Source: an uncultured bacterium
GTDB taxonomy: Bacteria > Fermentibacterota > Fermentibacteria > Fermentibacterales > JCC-6
Assembly (NCBI GenBank): GCA_964607515.1
Contig: CAZSKU010000003.1
Coordinates: forward strand, 72,175-136,174
Direction of reading: 5' to 3'
DNA: 64,000 nt
Position 1 is the stretch's first letter; each line of letters starts with the position of its first letter. The position numbers were made by a program, and so were the translations under genes. Shown one piece after another: positions 8,474 to 16,991 of this stretch. The notes beneath the pieces were generated by a model. It searched no databases. It saw nothing but the letters and a program-made list of their open reading frames with translations, and was not told the origin of the DNA.

Positions 8474-10669
8474 TCAGCGTATGACCGCCACGCTCCTTAC
8501 CGTATCCACGCCGCTGCCGCTCATCCTCACGAAGTACATGCCGCTGGCCAGCTCCGAGGCGTCCAGGGAAAGGCTGTGGAAGCCCTGTTCAAGGAAGCCC
8601 CGGTGAAGGGTGCTCACCAGCCTGCCCTGAAGGTCGTACACCAGCACCGAAGCCTCCCCCGGCGCATCCGTGGAGAACCTGACCGATGCGCCGGAGGCGC
8701 AGGGGTTCGGGAACACCGCTGCCTCGCCGGAGGTGATGCCGGCCCCGTGGATCCCCGTTCCGTCGTGCTTCCAGAGGGTGATCTCGGCGTTGGCAAAGGT
8801 GAGAAAGCCCTGGTGCCTGTCGCCGCTGAACACGATGTACCAGTCGTCCGTGTGGGGGGCGTAGAACCACACCTCCCCGGCGCTCTGGCCCTGGATCAGC
8901 TCGTAGCAGTCGAACTCCTCCCCGGCCTGGTAAAGCTCCCAGTTGTCCGAATCCACGATGAAGAAATCAGCGGTTCCCCCGGGAATGGGTTCGGCGTACT
9001 CCGACCTGGGGTTGGCGTAGTAGTCCCTCCCGTTCATCAGGTCCGCGGGAAGATCGTAGACCACCTGGATCAGGAACTTCGTCCAGCTTCCCTCGGGCTG
9101 CTCCGTGAGGGGCAGTTCGGGCATCGGCTCGGGGGTGCTCCATTCGAAGAAGTACTCCTGGTCGGGAATGCTGTTCTCTATTATCAGCTCATAGCTGCCG
9201 CCGCCGTAACCTCCCAGGGCGGAGGAGATGTTCAGGTAGTAGTTCTGGCTGTCACCCAGTTCGAAGGTGATCTGTCCGTTCTCGTCGGTCTGCCCCCAGG
9301 TTCCCCGGAAGATCTCGCTGCTCTGCCACCCCTCGCTGGCCACCTGGACGCTGGCGTTGTCCACCGGGACTCCCGACGAGTCGGTCACGGTGACGGTGAG
9401 GTTGCAGAAGTTGGAGTAATAGGCCACGTAGTCGTAGATGAAGCCGTCGTTCCTCCAGTACCATATGCAGCTGCAGTCCTTGCCGCCGGTCATGCGGTCC
9501 TTGTCGTAGGCGCAGTAGTCGTTGCTGAAGGTGTCTATGTACCATCCGTGCCAGGTGCCGTTCCACCAGGCCTGGCACCAGACATGGTCCTCGAGGATGT
9601 CCATCACGCAGACGGTGGGGATCAGGGCCAGCCTTCCCGCAGCGCAGAGCAGGTCCTGGTTCTCGCCGCAGTTGCCGTTGTGCTCATGGGCTATCACGTT
9701 GGGCTGTATGGGTCTGTTGCCGGAGGCCGGGGCGTCTATGACGGCCCGGACCCAGCCGGTGACGATGTCAACGGCGTGAAGGCTGTCGGAGAAGGCCACT
9801 TCGTGGGACCAACCGTAACTCTTGGTCTGCTGGTCCCAGAAGACCTGAACGTTCTGGTTCAGCACTTCCTCCAGAACCGGGTAGCCCGTGTCGTCCATGT
9901 CCCACAGGTACTGCCTCCAGAACTCGTTGTAGACGCTGGAATCGTTCAGGGGCCGCTCGTCGGACACCTTTGGCATGACCACGTAGTGGTAGTAGATCTC
10001 CTTGGGGATCTCCACCCACACCGTGTCGCCGTCCACTATGGTGTTGTACTCGGTGGTGCTGTAGTAGTCCTCGCCGGAGTAGTCCACCACGTTTACGTAG
10101 CTTAGAAGCGGGTCCACATCGTAGATCCCCTGGGCGTTCTCCAGCAGGACCCCCTCGTCCCAGCCTGGGTTGGCCAGGATGGTCCAGGAAAGGTACGCCA
10201 CTGTGAAGGCGAGTTCATCGAAATACGGGGTTCCCTGGTGCGCCAGGAGAAGCGCCCCGTACCGGTCCTGGTTCTCGGGGCTCAGCACTGAGTACTTCCA
10301 GATGAGGTGCTCCTGAAGCCAGCCCGGGGAGATGTCCACGGACTGCTGGGCCTGGGTGGTCAGAGTAATCGCGGGATTCACCGCCAGGTTCTCGTCGAAG
10401 AGTTCGGCCACCACCGGGAAAATGCCGCCCTTGGACGGAACTACGAACCGGCAGCCAACCGTTGCCACCGCCTGGTACTCGGAAGGGGGGTCGAAGGCGG
10501 GAGCAGGGGTTTCCCAGGTCAGCGGGACCGACGGAACCGACGGACGGGAGGTCACCAGGTGCACGGCGCTGCCGGACCGGACCACTGGTTCCATGGGCAC
10601 GGTGATTCCGGGAAGATCCCCGAAGGCCGCCGCTGCGACGGCAAGAACCGCAAACACGACAGGTCTCAT
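8474..10669 (-). CDS. secreted transglutaminase-like cysteine protease with T9SS C-terminal sorting domain
   Basis: Signal peptide MRPVVFAVLAVAAAAFG; transglutaminase-like core Cys/His/Asp (NGNCGENQDLLCAAGRLALIPTVCV...EDHVWCQAW); C-terminus ...AAVFPNPCASGASVRF...ASVLVYDLQGRLVSTL...GMYFVRM resembles a type-IX-secretion CTD. Confidence 0.7.
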   Translation of the reverse strand: MRPVVFAVLAVAAAAFGDLPGITVPMEPVVRSGSAVHLVTSRPSVPSVPLTWETPAPAFDPPSEYQAVATVGCRFVVPSKGGIFPVVAELFDENLAVNPAITLTTQAQQSVDISPGWLQEHLIWKYSVLSPENQDRYGALLLAHQGTPYFDELAFTVAYLSWTILANPGWDEGVLLENAQGIYDVDPLLSYVNVVDYSGEDYYSTTEYNTIVDGDTVWVEIPKEIYYHYVVMPKVSDERPLNDSSVYNEFWRQYLWDMDDTGYPVLEEVLNQNVQVFWDQQTKSYGWSHEVAFSDSLHAVDIVTGWVRAVIDAPASGNRPIQPNVIAHEHNGNCGENQDLLCAAGRLALIPTVCVMDILEDHVWCQAWWNGTWHGWYIDTFSNDYCAYDKDRMTGGKDCSCIWYWRNDGFIYDYVAYYSNFCNLTVTVTDSSGVPVDNASVQVASEGWQSSEIFRGTWGQTDENGQITFELGDSQNYYLNISSALGGYGGGSYELIIENSIPDQEYFFEWSTPEPMPELPLTEQPEGSWTKFLIQVVYDLPADLMNGRDYYANPRSEYAEPIPGGTADFFIVDSDNWELYQAGEEFDCYELIQGQSAGEVWFYAPHTDDWYIVFSGDRHQGFLTFANAEITLWKHDGTGIHGAGITSGEAAVFPNPCASGASVRFSTDAPGEASVLVYDLQGRLVSTLHRGFLEQGFHSLSLDASELASGMYFVRMSGSGVDTVRSVAVIR

Positions 10670-10763
10670 TGCCTTCCCCCTTCAGTTTGGGATATTGTCA
10701 TCCGGTGGGAAGATAGTTTTCGGGAAACCCCGGGTAAAGACTCGGAAAGCCGCCCCTGGAGGG

Positions 10764-11906
10764 TCAGCAGACCTGGGAAACCGCTGATGCCAGGGAGTTT
10801 ATCCCCAGGGGGGCCGGCACCTGGGCGAATTTGAGCTCCTCCGGAGTGTCCGGCGGCGCCGATCCGGATGAAACAACGATCAGGCCGGTGCCTGTCTTCA
10901 GGAGCTGTGCGGCAAGGTTGCCGAACTCCGGAGGGTTGTCCTGCTCCAGGAGGACGAAGAGGAACCTCTCGGGGGTTTCCTCCAGGAGGATCATCCCGCT
11001 GGCCACGCTGTCCACGCTTACCGAGGTGAATCCCAGCATCCTGAGCATTCCCTCGGCGGCGGAATCGCCTCCGGGATCTATACTGAGAACGGTCCTGCGG
11101 ATGGTGGCGCTGAGAGTGCCGGTTTTAGCCTGCACCCGGTTCGGTGCGGATTCCTTCTCCCGGCCGCCGGAAAACACCATGAGTGCCCGATGCCCCCCTC
11201 CACCGATGAGCCGGAGTTCCACTCCGCCCCTCAGGGTGATGTCCCTGGTTTCAGAATCGCTGCCCATGGCCAGGGCCGTCTCCACAAGCCGGGCGGCCTC
11301 CACCGGGGGGAACAGCTCCGATATTGAGCAGCCGGGCTTCGTCTTGCCCTGAAGGAAAGCCGGAAGGACGCCACCGGTTTCCAGGACTATGAGATCCCTC
11401 TCGATCGTGCTGCCTACTATTTCTGCGAAGAGGTAAGCGGTACCGCTTTCCGCCAGGGCCCGGCGGAAGGCAGCAAGTCCGGCTTCCGCCTCACCGGAAA
11501 CTTCTCCCCGGAAGAGGGTGGCGTCGATGATCATCACTATCTCGGCGGTTCTTCCCCGAAGGTCCACCCGCCTGGAGAACGAGAGCACCTTCACCCGGGC
11601 GCCGGCGGTGTCCCTGAGGGTGCCCCGGACCGCTCCGGAGAGGCCCGCCTTGCCCTCCGGGGTAATGCCCGTGCCCGAGTCAGCCAGGGTCTTCCCGAGG
11701 GCTTCTTTCATGGAAACGCCCAGGATGTCCGCGGCCTGATCGTTCATGAACAGCACCTGCCCGCTCTGGGCGTCGCGGACGAAAACCGCCGCGGGAATGT
11801 TGCGCAGAAGCAGGTTCATCCCCTCGTGGTCGGGGGTGAAGGTGATCAGGGTAGGATCGTCAAAAGCCCTGAGGTATCCCAGGAGCTTCTCGGCCCTCTC
11901 GTTCAA
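10764..11906 (-). CDS. PAS-domain protein with C-terminal receiver-like (pseudo-receiver) domain
   Basis: PAS-like N-region (AAVFVRDAQSGQVLFMNDQAADILG); C-terminal alpha/beta region ILLEETPERFLFVLLE...LIVVSS lacks an obvious phospho-acceptor Asp. Confidence 0.5.
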   Translation of the reverse strand: MNERAEKLLGYLRAFDDPTLITFTPDHEGMNLLLRNIPAAVFVRDAQSGQVLFMNDQAADILGVSMKEALGKTLADSGTGITPEGKAGLSGAVRGTLRDTAGARVKVLSFSRRVDLRGRTAEIVMIIDATLFRGEVSGEAEAGLAAFRRALAESGTAYLFAEIVGSTIERDLIVLETGGVLPAFLQGKTKPGCSISELFPPVEAARLVETALAMGSDSETRDITLRGGVELRLIGGGGHRALMVFSGGREKESAPNRVQAKTGTLSATIRRTVLSIDPGGDSAAEGMLRMLGFTSVSVDSVASGMILLEETPERFLFVLLEQDNPPEFGNLAAQLLKTGTGLIVVSSGSAPPDTPEELKFAQVPAPLGINSLASAVSQVC

Positions 11907-11936
11907 ATCGGTCTCCCTCGGTCCTGAAAACTCTTT

Positions 11937-13460
11937 TCACGGGCCCCCGCCGTCAAGCCCCGCCCGCCCCATGCTCAGGGCGGTGGCGGCGGCCAGCCTG
12001 ACCTGTCCGGAGGACATGCGCAGAAAAGGTTTTAAAAAGACACCGGGCCGGACACCCTGGCTCCTGGACAGCCAGATCAGGAACCGGCCGATGCCCCGGG
12101 GATCCAGGGCCGGGTCGCTCCGCTCGAGCCTGGCGGCCACCCGGGCTGCGCAGGAGGCGTCACCGGAGATTCCGCGGGCTTCCAGTACCTGCACAAGTTG
12201 CAGAAACAGCTCTCCCCGGGCCTCCCCGAGCCACCTCCTCAGGACCGCGGCGGTTCCGGGGGAAAGCTGTTCGGGAAAGGCGTCCAGCAGTCGGAGGCCG
12301 TTCCTGCTCAGGTCCGAGGCGGCGAGAGCTTCCAGGGCCTTGAGGTTTTCCTGTGACATTCCTTCCAGACGAATGTTCTCCGGAACGCAGCCCCTTCTCA
12401 GTACCTCCGCCGCCGCTGGATCGCCCCCCCCGGCGCAGAGGGCCCGGTAGGCTTCCCTTGACGGCTCGTAACGGGGATCGCCGCAGAGCCGGGCCAGGAA
12501 GGGGCTCGAATCGGGATCCCCCAGCAGCGCCATCCCCTCCAGGGCCGCCGCCCTCTCCGCCAGGGTGTTCACTGGAACGGCCCGGTTGACCATGGCCGCC
12601 CTCTTCAGCAGGGGAAGACCGGGGAACCATCCCGCCCCTCCTATGCCCCTGAGAACGGCTCTTCGCACCCAGGTGCTGCAGTCCTCGGCCAGGGGAGCTA
12701 TCAGGGGGCCGGCGCCCCTTCCGGAGGCCAGCACCAACCCCTCCACGGCCCGGGCCCTGACGTGGGGGCTCCCGTCCCTGACCGCCAGCAGCAGAGCGGA
12801 TACCGCTTCACTGCCGCCGATCCTGCCCAGTGCCAGGGCGGCGCTCTTCCGGACATTCCAACCGAACCTGCCCAGCAGTATGTCTGCGATACCCTTCACC
12901 GCGCCATTCTCCCGGAGTATTCCAGCGGCTTCCAGCAAAGCCTTCTTGTCCATGTCGGGCAACTCCGGGAAGGAGGGATCGGTGATGAGGGGCGCCAACT
13001 CCCCTGCCACCGGTGTTCCCCTGAGCCGGGACTTCTCCCGTCCCGCCCTCAGGCACAGTTCCTCCACGGTTTCGCGGCGGCCCACGGCCCGGATGAGAAC
13101 CACGGTCAGGTCCAGGAAGGGAAAGAACCGGTATCCGCCGTAACGGTCGAAGGCCTCGATGCCCCCGGCCTCCCGGTCACGATCCTTGTAGAATCCCGGT
13201 GCCAGGGCCCTGAACCGGAGCCTGGCCCCCTCAACCCGGGTTCGGAAAACCCCGTTATCCCCGGCGCAGACGAAATCGTCGCCGCCCACGTGCCCGATGA
13301 AGTCGGGCCTGACCTCTTCCGACAGTATTTCCCCCAGCCTCCTGATGACCAGATCCCCCAGGGAAACCCCGTAATGGTCGTTGAAGGCCTTGAAGCCCGT
13401 GATGTCCAGAAATGCCGCGGTGCCTCCCCTGCGCACCACCCGCCTCTGCAGCTCCCTCAT
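11937..13460 (-). CDS. GGDEF-family (degenerate GGDDF) domain fused to HEAT / PBS-lyase repeats
   Basis: DITGFKAFNDHYG...IGHVGGDDFVCAGD is a diguanylate-cyclase fold with E replaced by D; C-terminal repeats (SEAVSALLLAVRDGSPHVRARAVEGL...) are HEAT/PBS-like; the ATG start at 13460 cuts the conserved LTGLPGN motif, which lies in-frame upstream (see finding). Confidence 0.65.
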   Translation of the reverse strand: MRELQRRVVRRGGTAAFLDITGFKAFNDHYGVSLGDLVIRRLGEILSEEVRPDFIGHVGGDDFVCAGDNGVFRTRVEGARLRFRALAPGFYKDRDREAGGIEAFDRYGGYRFFPFLDLTVVLIRAVGRRETVEELCLRAGREKSRLRGTPVAGELAPLITDPSFPELPDMDKKALLEAAGILRENGAVKGIADILLGRFGWNVRKSAALALGRIGGSEAVSALLLAVRDGSPHVRARAVEGLVLASGRGAGPLIAPLAEDCSTWVRRAVLRGIGGAGWFPGLPLLKRAAMVNRAVPVNTLAERAAALEGMALLGDPDSSPFLARLCGDPRYEPSREAYRALCAGGGDPAAAEVLRRGCVPENIRLEGMSQENLKALEALAASDLSRNGLRLLDAFPEQLSPGTAAVLRRWLGEARGELFLQLVQVLEARGISGDASCAARVAARLERSDPALDPRGIGRFLIWLSRSQGVRPGVFLKPFLRMSSGQVRLAAATALSMGRAGLDGGGP

Positions 13461-13573
13461 GATGGAGCTGTTCCCGGGAAGTCCGGTGAGGGGGTTACGG
13501 TCCGACGCCAGGGTTCGACCTCCCTGTAACTCGATGATGCAAGCCGATTCTTTACATAGGAACGAAAATAATG

Positions 13574-14521
13574 TCAGTCAAGGGGGGCGCAGGTTGGGCC
13601 CCCGGACAGCAGACAGTCCAGCACGTCGCCCAGCACCACTATCCCCCCGGGCTGGCCCCGGTCGTCCAGCACCACGGCGGCTCCAGCGCCCGATCGCCAC
13701 ATGTCCAGGAGCACCTTCAGGGGCACCGAGTCCTCGGGGAACGCCGGTATGCCCGTGAGCATCCTGCCGGGGTTCCAGGAACCCGTACTCTTCAGCACCG
13801 CCCTGCTTTCGAGCACTCCAGAGAGGGGTCTGCCCTCCCCCTCAATCACCAGCAGGAAATCGGACCCGGTCTCGATGATCCTCTGCACCGCCTGTTGTCG
13901 AGACGCTCCGAGGGTTATCCGCGGGAAGTCGGACACCGGTCTGGCATGGAAGCGTATACTCTTCTCTCCCAGCTCTATGGCATCCCAGGCTCTTCTTCCC
14001 TCGGATCCGCCGGACATCTCCAGAAGGCTTCTGACCTCTCCCCGGCTCTCGAAGAGCCTGTTCACCGAAGGGCGGCCGGCGATGATCCGGGAGATGAACC
14101 CAGCCGATGCAATGAGCGGGAAGAACAGAACCCTCAGAACCACCAGCGCCGGGGCCAGCGGAGGGGTCAGGGAATCCGCCCTGAGAAGGGCGTTCTGCTT
14201 GGGAACGATCTCCGCGAAGACCAGCAGGAACGACGCTGTGACGACCACCGAAAGGGTCTCGTAGCCGGGGCTGAGCCGGGCGAACCAACCGGAACTGAGG
14301 CTCGAGGCAAGGATGACCCCCACGTTGGTTCCGACCAGGGTGGTGGACAGGTAGCGGGAGGGGTCATTCAAAAACCATGAGGCCAGTTTCGCCAGCCGGT
14401 GTCCCGACTGGGAGGCCGCGGCGATCCTGATCCTTCCAGCGGCGGAATAGGCGGTCTCGGTGGCGTTGCACACCATGGACAGAAGCACGGCCAGTATGAA
14501 CGCCACTATCTCCCCGGTCAT
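13574..14521 (-). CDS. CNNM/CorC/HlyC-family transporter (DUF21 + CBS pair), paralog 1
   Basis: N-terminal DUF21 with SMVCNATETAY and FAEIVPK, then CBS pair; real start at MTGEIVAF (ATG 14519-14521) overlapping the upstream paralog's stop as ATGA; the ORF-track extension to 15811 is wrong-frame junk. Confidence 0.75.
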   Translation of the reverse strand: MTGEIVAFILAVLLSMVCNATETAYSAAGRIRIAAASQSGHRLAKLASWFLNDPSRYLSTTLVGTNVGVILASSLSSGWFARLSPGYETLSVVVTASFLLVFAEIVPKQNALLRADSLTPPLAPALVVLRVLFFPLIASAGFISRIIAGRPSVNRLFESRGEVRSLLEMSGGSEGRRAWDAIELGEKSIRFHARPVSDFPRITLGASRQQAVQRIIETGSDFLLVIEGEGRPLSGVLESRAVLKSTGSWNPGRMLTGIPAFPEDSVPLKVLLDMWRSGAGAAVVLDDRGQPGGIVVLGDVLDCLLSGGPTCAPLD

Positions 14522-15693
14522 TCCTCCACCCTCCGGACCAGGATGTGGTTCACCCTCCCGGGCGAGGCCGACTCCACCCTGAACTCCAGCCCCCCGGACC
14601 TGAAGCTTTCCCCGGTCCCGGGTATCCTGCCGGATATCTCCTCCACGTACCCGCCGCAGGACTCCGCCCACCGGGCGTCTGGAGTTTCTCCGACGAGACG
14701 GCCCAGGCTTTCCAGCGAGAGCCCCGCGGGCACGAGGTACCCGTCCCGGCGCCTTCTCACACCGGGAGGCATGAGCCCTCCGGCCGGGTCGAAAACGGCC
14801 CTGGCCAGCACGTCGTTCTCCGTCAGGATGCCGCTCCAGTCGCCGTACTCGTCCACCACTACCCCGAGGCCGCCGTCGCTCTTCCTCAGATCCTTCAGAG
14901 CCTTGTCGAGAGGCGCAGTCTCGGGAAAAAAGCACACCTCCCTGATCTCGAGTTTTTCCAGACCCAGCAGGTCCCTCACCAGGGTCATCCCCAGGATCTC
15001 CTCCCCGGGACCCCGCACCAGGGGGTAGCGCATGAACGGGTTGGACCTGGCCTCCGCCTGCATCCTGGCCAGGCTCCAATCCATTCGCATCACAACTACT
15101 TCGCGCCTGGGGACCATGACGCTCTGGCACTGCCGGTCGCTCAGGGAGAGCACAGCCCCGGCCACCAGCGCTTCCTCCCCGACTACTCCGTCCCCCCTGG
15201 CCATCTCCACCAGGGTGATTATCTCGTTCCTGTTCAGATGTCTTCCGGTTTCCGTGCGCAGCGACATCCTTTCCAGAAGCCTTGTCACCGGCGCCGCGGC
15301 GAGGGTCACGGGCCGGATCAGGGGCGCCGCAGACAGGGCCCACCTCTCGTTGTTGTGGCGGGCCAGGGTCTTTGGCGTGATCTCGCCCAGCACCAGAAGG
15401 ATGAAGGTCATTATCAGCACGCCCAGCCCGAATCCCAGGGGACCCGGAAAGAGGGCCCTGGTGACGGAGGCGCTGACGGTCCCTATGGCCACGTTCACCA
15501 GGGTGTTGCCCATGAGAACCCCGGACAGAAGCCTGCCCGGGTGGGACAGGATCCGGAGCGCCCTGCGGCCCTTTTCTCCGGCGGAGAGCCTCTGTTTCTG
15601 CACCCCGTCCAGGCTGAAGAAAGCCGTCTCCGTGCCGCTGAAGAAGGCGGACAGCGCCAGGAGAACCAGAAGAAGGAGAGCGTCCGTCAGAGT
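14518..15693 (-). CDS. CNNM/CorC/HlyC-family transporter (DUF21 + CBS pair + CorC_HlyC C-domain), paralog 2
   Basis: LLLLVLLALSAFFSGTETAFFSL...GEITPK, CBS pair, C-terminal transporter-associated domain; no ATG/GTG/TTG upstream of the first TM helix, so the 5' end is approximate (possible CTG at 15688-15690). Confidence 0.65.
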   Translation of the reverse strand, partial: TLTDALLLLVLLALSAFFSGTETAFFSLDGVQKQRLSAGEKGRRALRILSHPGRLLSGVLMGNTLVNVAIGTVSASVTRALFPGPLGFGLGVLIMTFILLVLGEITPKTLARHNNERWALSAAPLIRPVTLAAAPVTRLLERMSLRTETGRHLNRNEIITLVEMARGDGVVGEEALVAGAVLSLSDRQCQSVMVPRREVVVMRMDWSLARMQAEARSNPFMRYPLVRGPGEEILGMTLVRDLLGLEKLEIREVCFFPETAPLDKALKDLRKSDGGLGVVVDEYGDWSGILTENDVLARAVFDPAGGLMPPGVRRRRDGYLVPAGLSLESLGRLVGETPDARWAESCGGYVEEISGRIPGTGESFRSGGLEFRVESASPGRVNHILVRRVEE

Positions 15694-16991
15694 CCCCGCT
15701 CCCCCCGGGACGACGAGTCGGGCTCCACAGCCGGTTCGCCCAGAGTGAAGCTTTCCCGCCAGGTCTTGCTGAAATAGGTGCGGCTGGAGTAAGTGGCCTC
15801 CCCGGTGACAACCAGGGTGTACTGCCCCGCCGGGGAGTGGGAGCCTCCCAGGGTGGTTCCGTCCCAGCTGTAGCTGAAATGCCCCACCGGGGTGTTTCCG
15901 GTGCGGAGGTTCCTGACCACCGACCCCTGGGCGTCCAGCACGTTGACTATGAGTATTGTGGGCTCGGTGAGAAACCCCGAGACCGTGAGTCCCCTCTCCC
16001 CGGGGCGGACCGTGAAATTCCGGATGTCGGTGCCCACCCAGAAGTACCTGGCGCCGGCCCTCTCGGCGATGAAGACCTGACCGAACCTGGTCCATATGGC
16101 TATGCCCGTCGGGTGTTCGAACTGGTCGTCGGCGCTGCCGAATCCCCTCCCGTAGCTGTCCAGGTAATCCATCGAGGGGCTGAACTTGTGTATCCGGCAG
16201 CTCACGGAGTCCGTGACCCATACGTTTCCGTGGTAGTCCACAGCCGGCCAGTTGAAGAACGAGCCGCCGCAGTCACCGGGGGTTACCCGCTCCACCACTC
16301 TGCCGTCCACCACCTTCACCAGGGCCATGCCGTCCTCCACCACCACCGCCTGAAAGGGCTGGTGACCGCTGCTCCACCGCTCGTAACCCGTGGCGGCCAC
16401 GCCCCTGGGCCTGTCGAGGGAGACGGTCAGGGGGGCCTGGTCCTCCGGGGACGCGTACCTGTGGAGGGCCCCTCCGGACCGGTCCGTCACCCAGATGGCC
16501 CTGCCGTCAAGGGCTACGCCCCAGGGCTCCACCAGCCCCCTGATGTAGGATGACGGCTTGATCCGGGCTCCCCTCCGGGACAGTACCGCAACCCGGCCGT
16601 TTCCGGTGTCCGCCACATAGACGTCCCCCGCGGCGTTGGCGGCGATCCCGTGGGGTGATGAGAGCCTGTCCGCGGGCCTTCCTCCGCCGTCGTAGAAGCC
16701 CAGCGTGTACATGGAAGCGTTGTAGATGATCTGTCCGGAGCCGCTGTTCACGCCGTAAACAGCCAGCTCATCGTCATCGGACGGCTCCGGTGAGTCCCAT
16801 TCGGACAGTTTCACCGCGGCAAGCCCCTGGGGATCGTCAAAGGTCACCATTCCTCCCAGGAGCATGTTCAGCTGCTCCGTCCCGGCCCGGTAGATTCCCA
16901 TGCAGTGCCCGTAGGGCGGGTACACCAGGGTACTGGGCTGGTCCGGCTCCACGGTGAGGGCCACGAGGGCCGCCAGTGCCAGTGAGGTCAT
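15687..16991 (-). CDS. secreted NHL-repeat protein with C-terminal Ig-like (FlgD-Ig-like) domain
   Basis: Signal peptide MTSLALAALVALTV; NHL-type beta-propeller repeats (SPHGIAANAAGDVYVADTGNGRVAV); beta-rich C-terminal region. Confidence 0.6.
   Translation of the reverse strand: MTSLALAALVALTVEPDQPSTLVYPPYGHCMGIYRAGTEQLNMLLGGMVTFDDPQGLAAVKLSEWDSPEPSDDDELAVYGVNSGSGQIIYNASMYTLGFYDGGGRPADRLSSPHGIAANAAGDVYVADTGNGRVAVLSRRGARIKPSSYIRGLVEPWGVALDGRAIWVTDRSGGALHRYASPEDQAPLTVSLDRPRGVAATGYERWSSGHQPFQAVVVEDGMALVKVVDGRVVERVTPGDCGGSFFNWPAVDYHGNVWVTDSVSCRIHKFSPSMDYLDSYGRGFGSADDQFEHPTGIAIWTRFGQVFIAERAGARYFWVGTDIRNFTVRPGERGLTVSGFLTEPTILIVNVLDAQGSVVRNLRTGNTPVGHFSYSWDGTTLGGSHSPAGQYTLVVTGEATYSSRTYFSKTWRESFTLGEPAVEPDSSSRGERGL

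Noticed and set aside
8298-8606. 102-aa plus-strand ORF
   Set aside because: It completely overlaps tRNA-Leu(CAA) and its terminator hairpin, so it is a translation artefact.
8441-10105. 554-aa plus-strand ORF (and similar long plus-strand ORFs at 16976..19171, 19277..20836, 21884..23029, 38606..40015)
   Set aside because: These are antisense to strongly supported minus-strand genes (transglutaminase, lytic transglycosylase, purH, rnr, the PP2C gene). Their composition is the Gly/Arg/Pro/His-rich pattern expected from the reverse frame of GC-rich coding DNA, with no recognisable domains.
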